A stretch of DNA of 64,000 nt from Glaucostegus cemiculus (Eukaryota): positions 26,040,001 to 26,104,000 of the forward strand of contig CDPCPM010000033.1 in assembly GCA_976551045.1 (NCBI GenBank), read 5' to 3'. Shown one piece after another: positions 11,291 to 24,700 of the stretch (positions are counted from its first letter, which is position 1; every line of letters starts with the position of its first letter). The position numbers were made by a program, and so were the translations under genes. The notes beneath the pieces are model-generated. The model worked only from the letters and a program-made list of their open reading frames with translations, was not told the DNA's origin and did no database searches.

Positions 11291-14200
11291 TGGTTAGTGT
11301 TTTCGAGAAGGTCTGTGGAAAGTGACACCAAGAAGCTAGCTGTCCTGTTCCGCCGCTATGCATTGTAAGCGTCCAAGTGACTTCTACCTTTGCGCTGGAA
11401 AAGCAGCAAGTAAGTTCTTTCTAGTCGGGAACAGGGCTGGTGGACGCATGACACCTGATGTCATTCGAGACTCTTGGGCGCATGTACTGTTTCTTGGCTA
11501 GCCAAAAATATAGTCCAGCGTGAATTGTTTCAACAACCATCTGTAATAATGGCTGTACGTAATGAATATGTACGAAATTAATATTGCAAGGAACTAATCA
11601 AATAAATATTGCATATAATATTCTATTTTAATTGCAATTATAAATTGAGGAATGAAGTTTGTCACGATTGTTTAATCATTCCGTGAAGGAAAAATAGAAA
11701 CAAAAATAAACGTTATCTTATATTATAAGCAAGTTTGAGTAGCGTTCTTTACTAAATTACAGAGACTTCATGTTGCTGAATAACGTGAATTGGAAATGGC
11801 ATTATAATGAAAAAAATACTCAATACTTCCTAATTGTTGTAGGATTTATATAAAAATAGAGCTTGGCGGGGAAATGCCATGCACCCAATACCAAATACCT
11901 CCTTTTATCTGCGAAGCTCTCTAAAATTATACCTGGGAGATCGGAAATATTTTTTTTAAAAGCATATCTGCACGTTATACAATCAAGTCTTCGTAACCTA
12001 TATTGAGTCCCATATTAATTTGCTGATATTGTATAACATTGTTAAATAATCTCCTTAGTTATAGATGCCAAGGTTTTATTCACTGTCCCGAGGGGTTTGT
12101 AATCGATCACATTCGTTGCAATTTGCATAAGAAATATAGAACAATGACGAACAAGGTGCTACTTAGCGTATAAAATAGTGAGCTTTCATTTGTTACAATT
12201 ATCTTCTGAAAGGGAACACTCTAATTGTTAAAGGTGTTGTAAGAGCGTTCCCTGCAAATTGCGCGATATTATTTGATTTATTTTCTTCACTGAACATTGT
12301 AATGCAATAGCAAATGAACAAACCTTATGGCCATATTTACTGTTACGCTTTGACATTAGAAAGAGAAAGGGGGAAGGTGATGAAATCATAAACTATGTAA
12401 GCCGGGATCCAACCGCCGCATCCCTCCCCTCCCATATTCACAGCAATAAAGTGTGAACAAATATCAAACATCACACTAAACGTACACAATCCGAAAAGCT
12501 GAAATGAAAATTGCCCGCCCAGAGAACTGAAAAAAAAGAGTAATGCGCAGTTTTGCAAAAAAAAATATGGCGCGTTAGTACTTCTTTCGCCACCTTAAGT
12601 TAATGGAAAACTCCAAAGCTACACTTTAACAATAGACAGAAATGAAGATTTTGGAATTCTTCGAGGTTAATGAGGTGGATCATCAAAACGAGTGAGAGCT
12701 TTATCTGCTATAAATGTTCAACGTCACTTGCACCGACAAAACAATGATTAGAACAGATCGAGGAAACATCGAGAGACACGTTGAAAATATATTTTAAGGG
12801 CGAATTATAGCGGAAGGATGATTTTATTTATTATCCAGTGTATCAGTATAAATCGATGTTTTATTCATATATAACTTCTTTTGAGATAATAAGTACATAA
12901 TATTCTCCTTAATTGAATAGAGATTAGAAAGAATACATCAGACAATGTTAATGACGACAATAATCTAAATGAATTGCTGAAAGTATGCTTTATGTAAACT
13001 ATACCTTATTTTACGTTTTCCCTATATTTAACTAAAGGAATAAAAAACTGGCATTATCAGATCAATTAGCAGGGCAAAGCATAAATTATCGAATTTCTAT
13101 TTTCAATCCTGCACTATAAAAACGCGGGCTCGTAATTCTACTAACATTACAAATCACAATGAAAATGTCTGACTTTGCAAGGAAGATGTCCACCACGCTC
13201 CGGAGTTAACAATATTCCGGTTACTTTAGAAAATCCACCTGTTCTCATGTTTTGCATTGAATGCTATATTATGTGATTTACTTACATATATTGTTTTTGT
13301 TTTATTGCAGGCCTGATAGAATGGAGGAAACACGGCAGTAAGTAGCAATGAATTATTTCTTAATCATGTGGCGAATGGCTGGAAACGGTTGGCTGTTGTG
13401 AATGTGGAATTTATGGAAACTGAAGATGTTGTTGCATTGTGAGTCTAAGAGGAGTAGTAACTTGGATTCTGAAATGATTCCAGTGATAATTGTTATGAAC
13501 ACTTGCATTCTTTTTGATATTCTAATTGTGATAACGATATTTGAGACATCATGTAATTACATTCTATTTCCTTGAAAGGGATGGAATTGTTATTGTACAA
13601 AGTGCGTTTAAAACATGATTATGTTTAAATCTAATTACCAATGACAGTATGGTACAGAAGCAGATTTAACTGGCTTGTTATTATGAAGCGGCAATGCGGC
13701 ACAGCGCCTCCCAGTGCAAGGCTGAATTTTTAAAAGGTCATTTGGAGGAAAGTTATTGTTCCGGTTTCAACATCTGCAAAAACGATTTGGCAAATGACGT
13801 GGTAATAATTATAGTAGATGTTTAAAGTTTACTCTTAATGAGCTAACAGAGGCGTGTAGGCTAAATCAAATGTTAAAGCTGCCCAGATATCGTAGCCGTT
13901 GTATACATGTAGGCCAAACATAAAGCCTTGTGCTTGTGAAAATATAAGATGCAGTATTCGTTTAACTAAAGAATAATACTTCTTTACTTGAATTATCTCT
14001 TCGCCAGGCTTGTCTATTTAAAATGTCGCGGGCAGTTTGTACATGTTGATCAGCCCGTTGCTGGAATAATTAATAATTAAAGACTCAGTGCTTATAAAAT
14101 TCTACTTTCTAAAATAGAGATGCAATACTGTGCCTCTTCTAATTTGTAAACACAGTAACAGGATCACGGGGGTAATTTGACCCTTTCGTTCTAAAATTGT

Positions 14201-15058
14201 ACACTTAAGAGAAATGGTATCAGCATTCGTATAACAAAAAAACTGAGGATTTTACACGTCAAATTAGACAGATTCGACCCTCATATTTCAAAGGGACTAT
14301 ATAACATACAGGTGGATTAGAATTTGGTCCCCAAAAAACAATAATACAATATTCAAATTCTATCTTATATACTCCAGGGACAGTAAATGTTTCGCTTCAC
14401 CTTGGGTCCACTATTGCTCCCTCACTTAGATAATCATAATCTCTACCAGGATATCAAATCCAAATTTTACAGACGCTAACCTCTCTATACGCGATATTCG
14501 ACACAACCACTCTTCAAGTAACAGCATAGTTTTACCGCTAGATAAACGTTGAGCAACGACTCACTTTAAATAGGTCCAGATAATGTTTAACGGGGATTCG
14601 CAAAGCAATGGCCCAGCGCCATGGATCCATCGTTTCAGCACTAGTTTTACAATGTGAATCTTTAGGCGTTGATAAATAATGAAGGACAATTGGTGCTGAA
14701 AAGCAAAACAGTCTTGCTTATGCTGAACTGGCTTCTGCAAGAAAATGGCTTTCTGGGTCAGTAGAAAGGTGAACTTTTTAAAAATTCAATTTTGTTTTTA
14801 AAATCGGTGTACTTATACATAGGAAAGCTCTTAGCAGGCTGTTGACAATAATAGCTTTCATTGAACCACTGAATCTATGAATAAATATAGGGTTCACTTC
14901 CCAAACACTTACTTTGCATTGACATTCTCTAGGTCAAAATCTGCCTAGATCAAAAGTCGCAGCACTTGTGTGGGCAGTTAAAAAAAGAGGTGAATTTTAA
15001 TCGGGTTTGTTCATCAATAACTCTTTGGCATTGACCTGTCTGAACGAGTCGAGCAGTA

Positions 15059-15075
15059 AGGTGAAATGCAGGTCA
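15059..15075 (+). promoter_or_regulatory. HoxD4 5' DR5 RARE
   Basis: AGGTGA-aatgc-AGGTCA, the sequence I recall for the mammalian Hoxd4 upstream RARE, about 3.1 kb before the HoxD4 ATG. Confidence 0.88.
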
Positions 15076-16691
15076 CAGCGTCTAACAAATATTAAAATGT
15101 GCAGCACCAATCAGCTTCACAATGTGCGATAATTTGAACTATAAAGAGATTTGGCTTTCGAATTATCGGATGATGTAATGATATCTGGTATTTTCTGTGC
15201 AAAAAGGGTTTTAAAAGCTGAATTCACTGCTGGTGCTTTCGTTGGCGCCATTGGTTGTTGCAAACTGTTTAGCTCTTTTCTTTCCTCATCCACTGGGTAA
15301 ATGAAAAAAAAAATCACAGGTAAATAAGATCAGCGACGTGATGTTTTTTTAACAAAGGTAAAATAATTACAGTAACATATTAAACAAAAACTGGAGCATT
15401 TGTGAAGGAGTAGTTAGGCTGTTCTGCCATAGAGCATAGATAAACCGAAACCTTTGTTGTGGACAGAAAGAACGGAGGAATACACCAGTGAAGATACAGT
15501 TCACAGTCAGAAAGTTCAGCTTCAGTGCTACATTGTTATCCATACATCTCAGAGCATTTAAGTGCATTTTTGTACTGATGAAAGCACTTAGTCTTTTTCG
15601 TTAGCGTGGTTTTACAATTGTTCTCAGCCTGCCACTCGCGTGCCTAGCTTTTTAACCAGAAATGCGAGGACAGAATTACCGTCAGCTTAGCTGAGCAGTT
15701 GGTTCGAAAAGACTCACACACTTTGAAAAGGTCATGCGTTAGGCTGTAGCTAAAGTGAAAATAATAATGTAACTTTCCGATGTGTTTGCAAATGATTTCA
15801 GTCTGACCCCGTGCCCTTCAGCCTTTAACACGCAACGTGGTGGCACTACAGGCACAGTGGGGACAGCCAAGAAAGGAACCTGTAATGCACTAGAGTTTAG
15901 AAAACACCTTAGATATATTCGAACCAAATGGAATCTGATAAACTAGCAGATCAAATTCTATATTTTTCCCTGCATGCGGCCATCCAACTGGCTTGAGTTC
16001 TAGCCAGATTTTGAAGCATACTGTCGGCAGCATTTTTGATCCTGCTCCCTGGAAATGAGAGAGATTAAGAACAGAACAAACAAAATCCCCATTTTCCTGG
16101 GATGCTCTCATTTTGTGAAAGTGGCAATGAGTGGCAAACGCTTTGGAGTAAACCAATATTTGTGCTATCATGTTTAAGTTGTATTTGATTAGTTTTAGCG
16201 ATTGTTTAGACCGAGCTATATTTGTTATCAAATCCTGCGGTTTGTTAGTGGTGAGTTCAAATTATTAGCATCTGGAGCAATTATTGATTCACGCTGGGGC
16301 ACTTAGTTATGTGAGCTGGAGCGGATCGGTACAAACTGTTTCCTATAAAATCTTTGTGATATACGAAGGGTTCAGAAAACACAGCAACAAATAGTAACTT
16401 CTGCCTTGTAAACTGTATGCTAAAACTGGCTCTGCACGCTGATTCATGTTGCTGCCACTGCCGAACAATGCAAATATAAATGTTTGCTCACCCCTGTTAC
16501 CAAATTTAAGGGATCAGTTTGTAGTATTTTTCAATGGCTAAACAACTACGTGATTTAACAAGAGCTGCGCCTGATTTTAATTTCTTATTTATTAATATTA
16601 CACGTCATTAACTCCTTGGGGATCGCTTTCCACTGCAGTCTTTTAAACTATTTTATCATTGTGTAATTAGTCACCGAATTTGTTTGTAACC

Positions 16692-16774
16692 CGTCGTCTA
16701 TATATACCCTGTAGAACCGAATTTGTGTGATGTTTCGGTCACAGATTCGTTTCTAGGGGAGTATATGGTCGATG
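16692..16774 (+). ncRNA. mir-10b: mir-10b precursor hairpin
   Basis: Mature TACCCTGTAGAACCGAATTTGTG at 16705-16727 and star arm ACAGATTCGTTTCTAGGGGAGT at 16741-16762. Canonical position upstream of Hox4. Confidence 0.97.
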
Positions 16775-18026
16775 CCAACACTACGAAAATCAGCAATTTG
16801 CACTTCGTGGCTTTTACTACTTAGACTGATTTAGTTCTAAGTAATACCCAATGATTTGGAATAACCTTTTTTTTAAAAAAAAATGAACCCACTCTTCAAT
16901 GTTGCTTTTAAATTTCGCCGCTCAGAATTAAATGGCTTATTTCGGCTACCCTACACAAAATAAATATGATGCTCAATGTGTTGATTTACTAACCATTATT
17001 CAGAAAACAGTCGATTCTAAACTTCTGGGTTGATTCTCCGGAAATATATGATTATTGAAACTTAAGTATTTCTTTCTGAATACTACCCGTTTCCATGGCG
17101 ATGGCGATAAATTATCTGCAAAGACTGGCTTACAATTTTGTATCGCGTTTGACCAATTTACGATGCTTCTGAATTACATCGAACCAGATAACGTCTTTGG
17201 TTAAAACTTAAAAACCGAATTATACACATTGCAGAAAAAGGAGTTAGGAATGCGTTACTGCGTTAGTTTTAAAAAGATAATAGGTGGTAAGATGTGAGAA
17301 GAAGAAAACGAATTGTCAAGATATTAAAGCAAAAACGCTTGATAGTGAGGCAAGGTCATCAGATACAAAACTAGTTAAAACTTATATTCTATTCTACCAA
17401 ATTATTGAACTTTCAGAGCGAAGTGTTTTGACCTTACAATGTCCTTAAGCAACACGTGTAAAGTGTTCTACGTGATACTGATGCCTTGTTCTGACTTTAT
17501 CGGGAGTAGACCATGTTTGCCTTTGAATAACTTTGACCAAAAGACCTTCGTGCATCTGTAATGGCTGTAATTATTTTCCTCAGCTCCGTTATTCCTTTTT
17601 TTGGCTAACTGGATGCTTCCTTTGTCACCCTGCGTACGTTGGATTGCCTGCCGTTCCTTCAAGTACCCTCGCTATTGTCATACTGCTCTCGGGCGAAAAC
17701 AACAACAAAAAATGCGAGCACGCCGAATGCCTGGTCTATCCTTGATTTATATGGAAAGCGACAAGGAATGGTCGAAAATTCTCTTTGGACAAAAGAGCAA
17801 ATTACCTGAGCAATATTCGGGCGCTCAGTGAATGATCATTATTCTCTCCAATGGAAACCGCTATTATATGCATTTTCCGGAAACTATTTCAAATACTTAG
17901 TGGCTGCTGGAAAAATAATAAAGACGATGCAGAATTTATTTTATTTTTTAAATCAAGATTTTCTGGACGAAGTTTGTAAAATTTGTCATTAGCTGTTTCC
18001 TTATCCGGGAATCGGGCCCAGCCCAG

Positions 18027-18149
18027 CCATTGGCTCTCACAGTCACATGGGTGACTAACTTTATTCAGTTGACAGCAAGTAGGAGGGCTTTATGGAACGG
18101 GAAAAAAGACAACTCGAGAAAAATTAGTATTTTCCACCTTCAGAAATTA
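18027..18149 (+). promoter_or_regulatory. Hox4-type proximal promoter and conserved 5' leader
   Basis: CCATTGG-N10-CACATG (NF-Y/USF-type pair), then TAACTTTATTCAGTTGACAGCAAGTAGGAGGG...GAGAAAAATTAGTATTTTC...CAGAAATTAATG, typical of Hox4 leaders. Confidence 0.8.
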
Positions 18150-18561
18150 ATGACCATGAGTTCGTATTTGATGAACTCTAAATATGTGGATCCCAAATTT
18201 CCTCCTTGCGAGGAATACTCGCAAAATAACTACATACCTGACCACTGCTCAGAGTATTACAGCCAGCCGCAGGACACTGATTTTCAGCACCAAGGAGTCT
18301 ATCCACGGTCAAACTACAGCGGCCAGTCGTACAGCTGCAGCAACGCTCGGGGCTCTCCAGTGCAGCAGAGGGGTCATGTGCAGGCACAGCCCGCTCCTCA
18401 GAACCACCTCACAGGACAGGGGGAGCCCGTTGCACCGCTCCAAGTGTCCATAGCCCGGCCTTGCAGCCAGCAGCAGCACAATACAAAGAATCAAAACGGC
18501 ACAGCAACCAAACAGCCAGCAGTGGTTTATCCTTGGATGAAGAAAATCCACGTTAACACGG
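18150..18561 (+). CDS. HoxD4: Homeobox protein Hox-D4, exon 1
   Basis: [23 protein letters not shown] and [16 protein letters not shown]. Donor G|GTAAGG at 18562. Confidence 0.96.
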
Positions 18562-18704
18562 GTAAGGTCCACTTTTTAGTTCCCCCCCACCCCCACCCCC
18601 TCCGCCATCGCCACCCCTAGCAAATATTTGTGACCCATTGGTATCGGTCTACCGTAAATAACTCCTTCAAAGGAGGATTTATGAGCGGTTTTTAAAAAGA
18701 CCGG

Positions 18705-18733
18705 CAATTACACCCATCATAAATTTTTATTGC
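18705..18733 (+). promoter_or_regulatory. HB1-like homeodomain-binding element in the Hox4 intron
   Basis: CAATTACACCCATCATAAATTTTTATTGC resembles the conserved HB1 block of Hox4 introns. Confidence 0.65.
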
Positions 18734-18979
18734 TGAGGAAATAGGCCGCTGGCCATGTGGCTGACTCCATGTGAAAACTCGAGCCTGAGAGTAACAGGGA
18801 CATGTTATATCTCCGTTTCGCCAAGAACTTTCAAGTGGTCCTGAGTAATAATAGATATTTGGACTTTTTAACAGGGGTAGTGTTAGAGGGGTGCAATGTG
18901 CGTGAGGACTGCAGAATGGAAGCGGCTGACAAACTTTAGGTTCAGATTTGAATGGTTTTTGAATTGTTTTGTTTTTCAG

Positions 18980-19290
18980 TGAATCCTAGTTACACTGGAG
19001 GGGAACCAAAACGTTCACGAACTGCCTATACAAGGCAGCAGGTTTTAGAACTGGAAAAGGAATTCCATTTTAACAGGTATCTGACAAGACGACGTCGTAT
19101 TGAAATAGCCCACACTTTATGTCTTTCCGAACGCCAGATCAAAATTTGGTTTCAGAACCGAAGGATGAAGTGGAAAAAAGATCACAAATTGCCAAACACT
19201 AAGACCAGATCGTCTAGTTCTTCTTCTGCTTCCAGTCAACAGTCACAAACTGTTTCCAAGGACCAACAAACAGACCTCACAAGTTTATAG
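18980..19290 (+). CDS. HoxD4: Homeobox protein Hox-D4, exon 2
   Basis: Acceptor GTTTTTCAG|. Reads [35 protein letters not shown]...KDHKLPNTK, with a D4-type C-terminus TDLTSL. Spliced CDS is 723 nt. Confidence 0.96.
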
Positions 19291-21747
19291 AACAACATCT
19301 TATAAGTGGTTCTTTAAGTGTAAATAATGAGACATTTCCAGGCAGAAATTGCATGTACCGATAACATGGCTTGTAGGTGCTTTCCTGTTGCTTTTTACGG
19401 CATTGAAGCGACCTTATCTTATACAGTCACCTTGTTCTTAAATGTAGGAAATGAAACAAAAAGGGTAATGTTATCTTAGCTCCAATAGAAACGATTGCGA
19501 CTCTAGTAAGTGGCTGTTCTTACCATACAACACACCTTAGTAACCTTAATAAGTGCAAGGTACTAAGACATGAAGACATGGTGAGGTATACGGTTCAGGA
19601 AGGTACATGTATAGTCTGCTAGCATGAAATCGAAAGGCTGCGACGCTTGTTCATGGTCTTTTTTTTATTTTATAATGAAGGCTCAGCGATTTGTTGTGGT
19701 AATTTCTTATTTCCACGGCTATTTTGCTCGTAATGTGTATTTTTGCGAATCCATCTCTTTGTGTATATTGTGTTGATATTCGAGATTTATAGTGATCAGG
19801 AATTAGACAGTGTTTTGTGGTTTCTTTATTTAAAATAAGAGAATGGTATTTGTATTGTGCTGCTGAATGGATTATTGTTACAATGCAAGATTGCATACAT
19901 TTTTATGTTCAAGAATGATACCAAAATTCGTACGCACTACTAAAGTTCGAAAATAAATTAGTAGTAACAAGCTGAATCGCGTGAGTAGTTTTCCTTTTTG
20001 GTATCTGTTTATATGTTCTTATATATGACTACAGTTAGTGTTGCGACGCTGTCGTGAACAAATGCCATGAAAACAAACCCTGCATCTCCCTTTCTGTAAG
20101 AATGCAAAATGCCCCCAAAAAGGTGATCAATATCAAATACCCACAGCAGCAACCGATATTGTCTCATGTAAGATTTCTGACAGAGAAATGTACTTAGTGG
20201 AATATTGCAGCAGTACTTTGTGTTCAGGGCGCTTGTTAAACTCTGTTTCTCGGTTTGTTGGTTGATAAATGAGTAAGCTGGTTACACCAATCTGTGAACG
20301 TTTAGTATTACAAGTGGGAATGTGTTTCCTTTCGATTTTTTTCCAGAACGGATGAGCGAACAACAATACGACAAGGTACCCAGTTTAGAAACACAAAATG
20401 GTCTGCACAGAGGATATTTTGTTTTGTAAAGAGCCCTGTTCGTTTTACCAATCTATTAATCTGCAGAGACACATGGGTGGTTGATTTAGAGGGGCAAAGA
20501 CAATAGCTGAGAATCTCTTCAATTAGGTAATTTACACCTAAACACAAATTGCTGGAGATTCTTGTTTCTGTTTGTTAGACGGGAGCTAATACCATGAAAC
20601 GAGTTAGAACTTCCTGAAATATAAGATTCCCTGTCCCGTGCCAACATTCTCACGATATCAATCAGAAGCACGCTGGGATGTAATCGAGATTTCGCACTTA
20701 GTTCCTTTATGCAATGCTTTAAAACAGTCATTCATAGCATGATATCCAGATGTTTTAAACAGAATAAAGTCTCCGCTATTTTACGAAGAAAAAGCTCAGT
20801 AGATGTTTTGATACACCTACTTGCTGCTTCGATTGTACCATAAGCCTTAAAACAAATGAAAATATAAATTTATGATAATTCCATATGCTAGCTTTTCTGG
20901 GGATATTCAGTGTAAGTTTTTGGGGAAACGTCCAGTCATTGGAAGAGTATTCCCTCACCATGGGGTAGTTTTCTTTAATTTGAGATAGCCATAAAAGTAA
21001 AGAAAGGGAGCGATGGTGTATCCAGCTCTGTGAGTACAATTGAAGGTTATCTCCTCGTGTTTTTCTTTAAATTGCGATCAAAATAGGTATGTTAAATTTA
21101 AGTTGTTTTGCATATTTTATCTGAAACATTAGAGCTATATTAATGGATGACGGGAATCCACAATATTGGTTCACAGTTCTGAAGCTAATGGTAGAAATGA
21201 ATACAAAGGGATAAAGTCCGATGGGGTTCGCGTTATTGTGCTATCTACTCTTCTAAAAGGAGACTCGAGTCAAAAGAGCGCTCAGAAAATCATCATCCGC
21301 AGGCACACAGCAATTTTAATAGGACACCAGATAGCCACCAAGATACAAGAATAAGAAAACTTATTTCCTTGAAATTTAGGCTTCAGTCCGATTTTGTAGC
21401 ATTCAGCAACAAAAGAAAGTTGGCGATGCCGCTGTTTTCCTGTCCCTTCCCTGCCCTGCAAGCTTGCAGCTGGCTTAGCTGGACATGGTCTGTTTGAAAA
21501 GGCGAATTCCACGATTCTTTTGTTCTTTATAGGGTAAGCCGTGTAGTTCTCAGACTTGCACATGACATTACTATAATATATCCACGTCTTGATATTATAA
21601 ATGAGTGATATTCTCTATTCCATTTAAATCATTGTCTCCATTACAAAACCCTAAGGTTCACGCGTAGCAAAGATGTCCTTTTCTGACGCCTTCATGTTGA
21701 GAAGCTGAAAAGGTATTTTACTGAAGTTCGGCTAAACTGTAGAAACA

Positions 21748-21764
21748 GGTTCACCAAGAGGACA
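21748..21764 (+). promoter_or_regulatory. HoxD4 3' neural-enhancer DR5 RARE
   Basis: GGTTCA-ccaag-AGGACA about 2.5 kb after the HoxD4 stop, matching the Hox4 3' RARE type. Further TGACCT half-sites at 21804 and 21819. Confidence 0.85.
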
Positions 21765-24700
21765 AATTTTCTATTCGATTAGCTGTATTTCAGCCTGGAG
21801 GACTGACCTCTAAACCCTTGACCTTTTGGACTCAATCCTACCCTTCGCCTTTTCTATGTGTTTTAACACAGACACTATCTAGTTAAAGCAAAGTGAAATA
21901 AGTTCTCACGTATGAACTATTCTAATTTCTGAAACTGGCGAATCGTCCATCCATTCAATGGAAATGCCGATTTTCGTACGATGCCCGGTGCCACCAAACT
22001 TCACTTTTCTTTGGTCTTCACACCTTGACAAAGCTGACATTTTAGCTTTTGATTTCACTTGATCTCTGAGGAGGATTGTAGAAGCAGATGATTCAATTGG
22101 CTTCAATATTCGCTTATTTCTAGACAGTGTGCTTGCACTTTTCCTTTGCTCCTTGAATAAAGCAAGAGTACAAAAACACACCCAAACATTTACCTCTGAT
22201 ACTTGCACCCAAGATCCGCACTACATTCTTTCTGTACAGACTGACAATAAAAAGTCACCCTGCCCTATTCATTCGCCTGCATAAAATACTCGAAATCGCG
22301 TTATAACATTTGCATCGAATAAAGGCTTGTCGATTCAGCATTCAATCTACTAATATTACCTAAAAACATAGCAGAAAAAGCACAAAATCGCAGAATGAAA
22401 TGAGAGTCATGCATTGGAAACAATTCTATTCTCAAGCACAGTTGTATCCATATAATGGATAAAAGTCCGTATAATTTCGTCATTATTCAATTTTTAATTA
22501 CAGAAGACACATTTTCGACACGAAGCGGACGCAGATCCTATTGTGTTGGTGTTTCGGTCTGTCCCATGTTAATGCTAATATATATCTCATAATCAACTAG
22601 CTGCAAAAGCCACCACTTCTCCCACCACCACCACCCCCTCCCTTCAAAATAAAAATTGCATCTTTCTCCATGAAAGTTGAATAGATCTAACCAGGTAACA
22701 TGACATTAAAATTATTTTCCTAAAGCAGTCTAATCACTAAAACTGAGATCCAATGTATGTGAACAACCAGAATGGGCAGTAATTAATCAACGGCATATGT
22801 TGTCTTTTCCTTGATACAATCTAAAATGTGTAAGTATATATGTTAAAAGAGGCTGTAAGCAGTATGTGCTTTCACTTTAGTGCAATAACTATCCCCTTGA
22901 AAAGTAGCTCACTTTTAACCGGAGTTAGCACCAAGGTCAATTGATAACGTCTCACCTTCATTTAAGTATGTAATTTATCAATATTTAACCTATCCAGCCA
23001 CATGTATTAGTGCAGGCACCGGCTACAATTTATAATTCAAATGATTTAAATTCAAGGCTTAATTATTTCAGCTTCTTTCACTATATCATTTGTCAGATAA
23101 ATACCGAGTACTCAAACATAAGACGTATAGAACATAAAAGTCAACAACATTATGATTTCTGAACTGTTATATCATTCAAAATTCATAACGTCAGATGTAA
23201 TATCAATCACAATCAATCATATAACATATTTATATCAATGACTGCACAGCACAACTCCCATAACCACATATTACCCTATATATAGGCGTGTATTGTTTGT
23301 ATGCATCTATATATTTTTCTGTTGAGGAAAATATTTTTGTATGCAGTCATACAAGCACACATGTATGCACATGTGAACATGTGTTGATATGTTCAGGCAT
23401 ACATGTGTATGTATGTAAGACTATATATATGTGGGTATGTGATAGTCTGTAGGTGTATTTAATGCATTCACTTGTATTTATATCTATGGGTATCAAATAA
23501 CTAAATACATGGATAAACTCTACCACCTTTGATTAGTTTATTTCCTCAAATATGAAAACATCTCAAAATGTAGTATAATTAGACAAATCTTAACAAGCCA
23601 AAACCAAATTGTTGTAAGTATACCGCCCGGTTGCTTCGATTCTAGCCTGGAACAAGAAACAGCTGAAAGGAAGGCAAAGAGTCAATACGACCATGCCATA
23701 GGCTGGTCATTCAAAGTGGGACAAAGCTGATGCAGCCCATCGCTTCTAAACAGCCATATTTGTTGGTCTTCCCCTTTAGAATGTTAAAATATATTTGCCA
23801 ACCTGATATTTCTCAAACGATAAAGACTTTTGCATTTTATGACTATGTCCAGGAGAGGTGGTAAGATTTTATGTATCCTTTTATATTTGATTCGGCCACG
23901 TGATTTACTAAATAATTAATGCAGTACGTCCCGAAAGAAACACGGCGTCGTCATTAATCGGCCAAGCAAAGGACTCTATCACACTTGAAAAGTGAACAGA
24001 TCCCAAGAATATTATATACAAATGGTCCGCTATCAGACTTTGCTGTTGTAGTTCGTTGCCAGAAACTGAAAAATGGAAGCTTGGTAGGTAAACAATTTTA
24101 GTTTTGTTTCTGGTAAGATAGCAAATGAATGTAACTGTCATATATATTTGATGAATAGCGCCCTTTGCTTCTTACTATGTGCTACCAGGCGACAGTCATA
24201 AGTTGCAGTAGGCTGATATACTGACCTTCTATTCGGATTAGCTTTAACATTTTGGAGCAACTATGATAAACTTCAGGTGCAAAAATTTGTATCTGCTGTA
24301 TCTTGGAGGTGGGAGGTAAACATTAGTAAGACTGCGGTGGGATTATTATTAAGGCGTAGTTTTGTGTCCTGAAATGGCGTAGATTTTACGGTTTAGTTGT
24401 GCTTTATTGCAAACAATGCCGGCTGTCATGGCATCTGCTGCCTATTTGTACACAGCGAAGTAGAGGCCTGAGCTTATATTGAATACCACGAGTCATATAT
24501 TTTGTGTTCTTTGAGACGTAATGGAAAGTCTGTAAATGAGATTCAGCGAGAACAATTGCAGGTACTTACGTCAACAGAAAATATATTCATGGGCATTTCG
24601 TGCCTTATATTTTAGTCGATGTGTTGCTTTAAAAGATGAAACAAATGTTTCCTTTGAACCTACGGATTTGTTTTTACAGTTAATTAGTATTTATTTCTTA

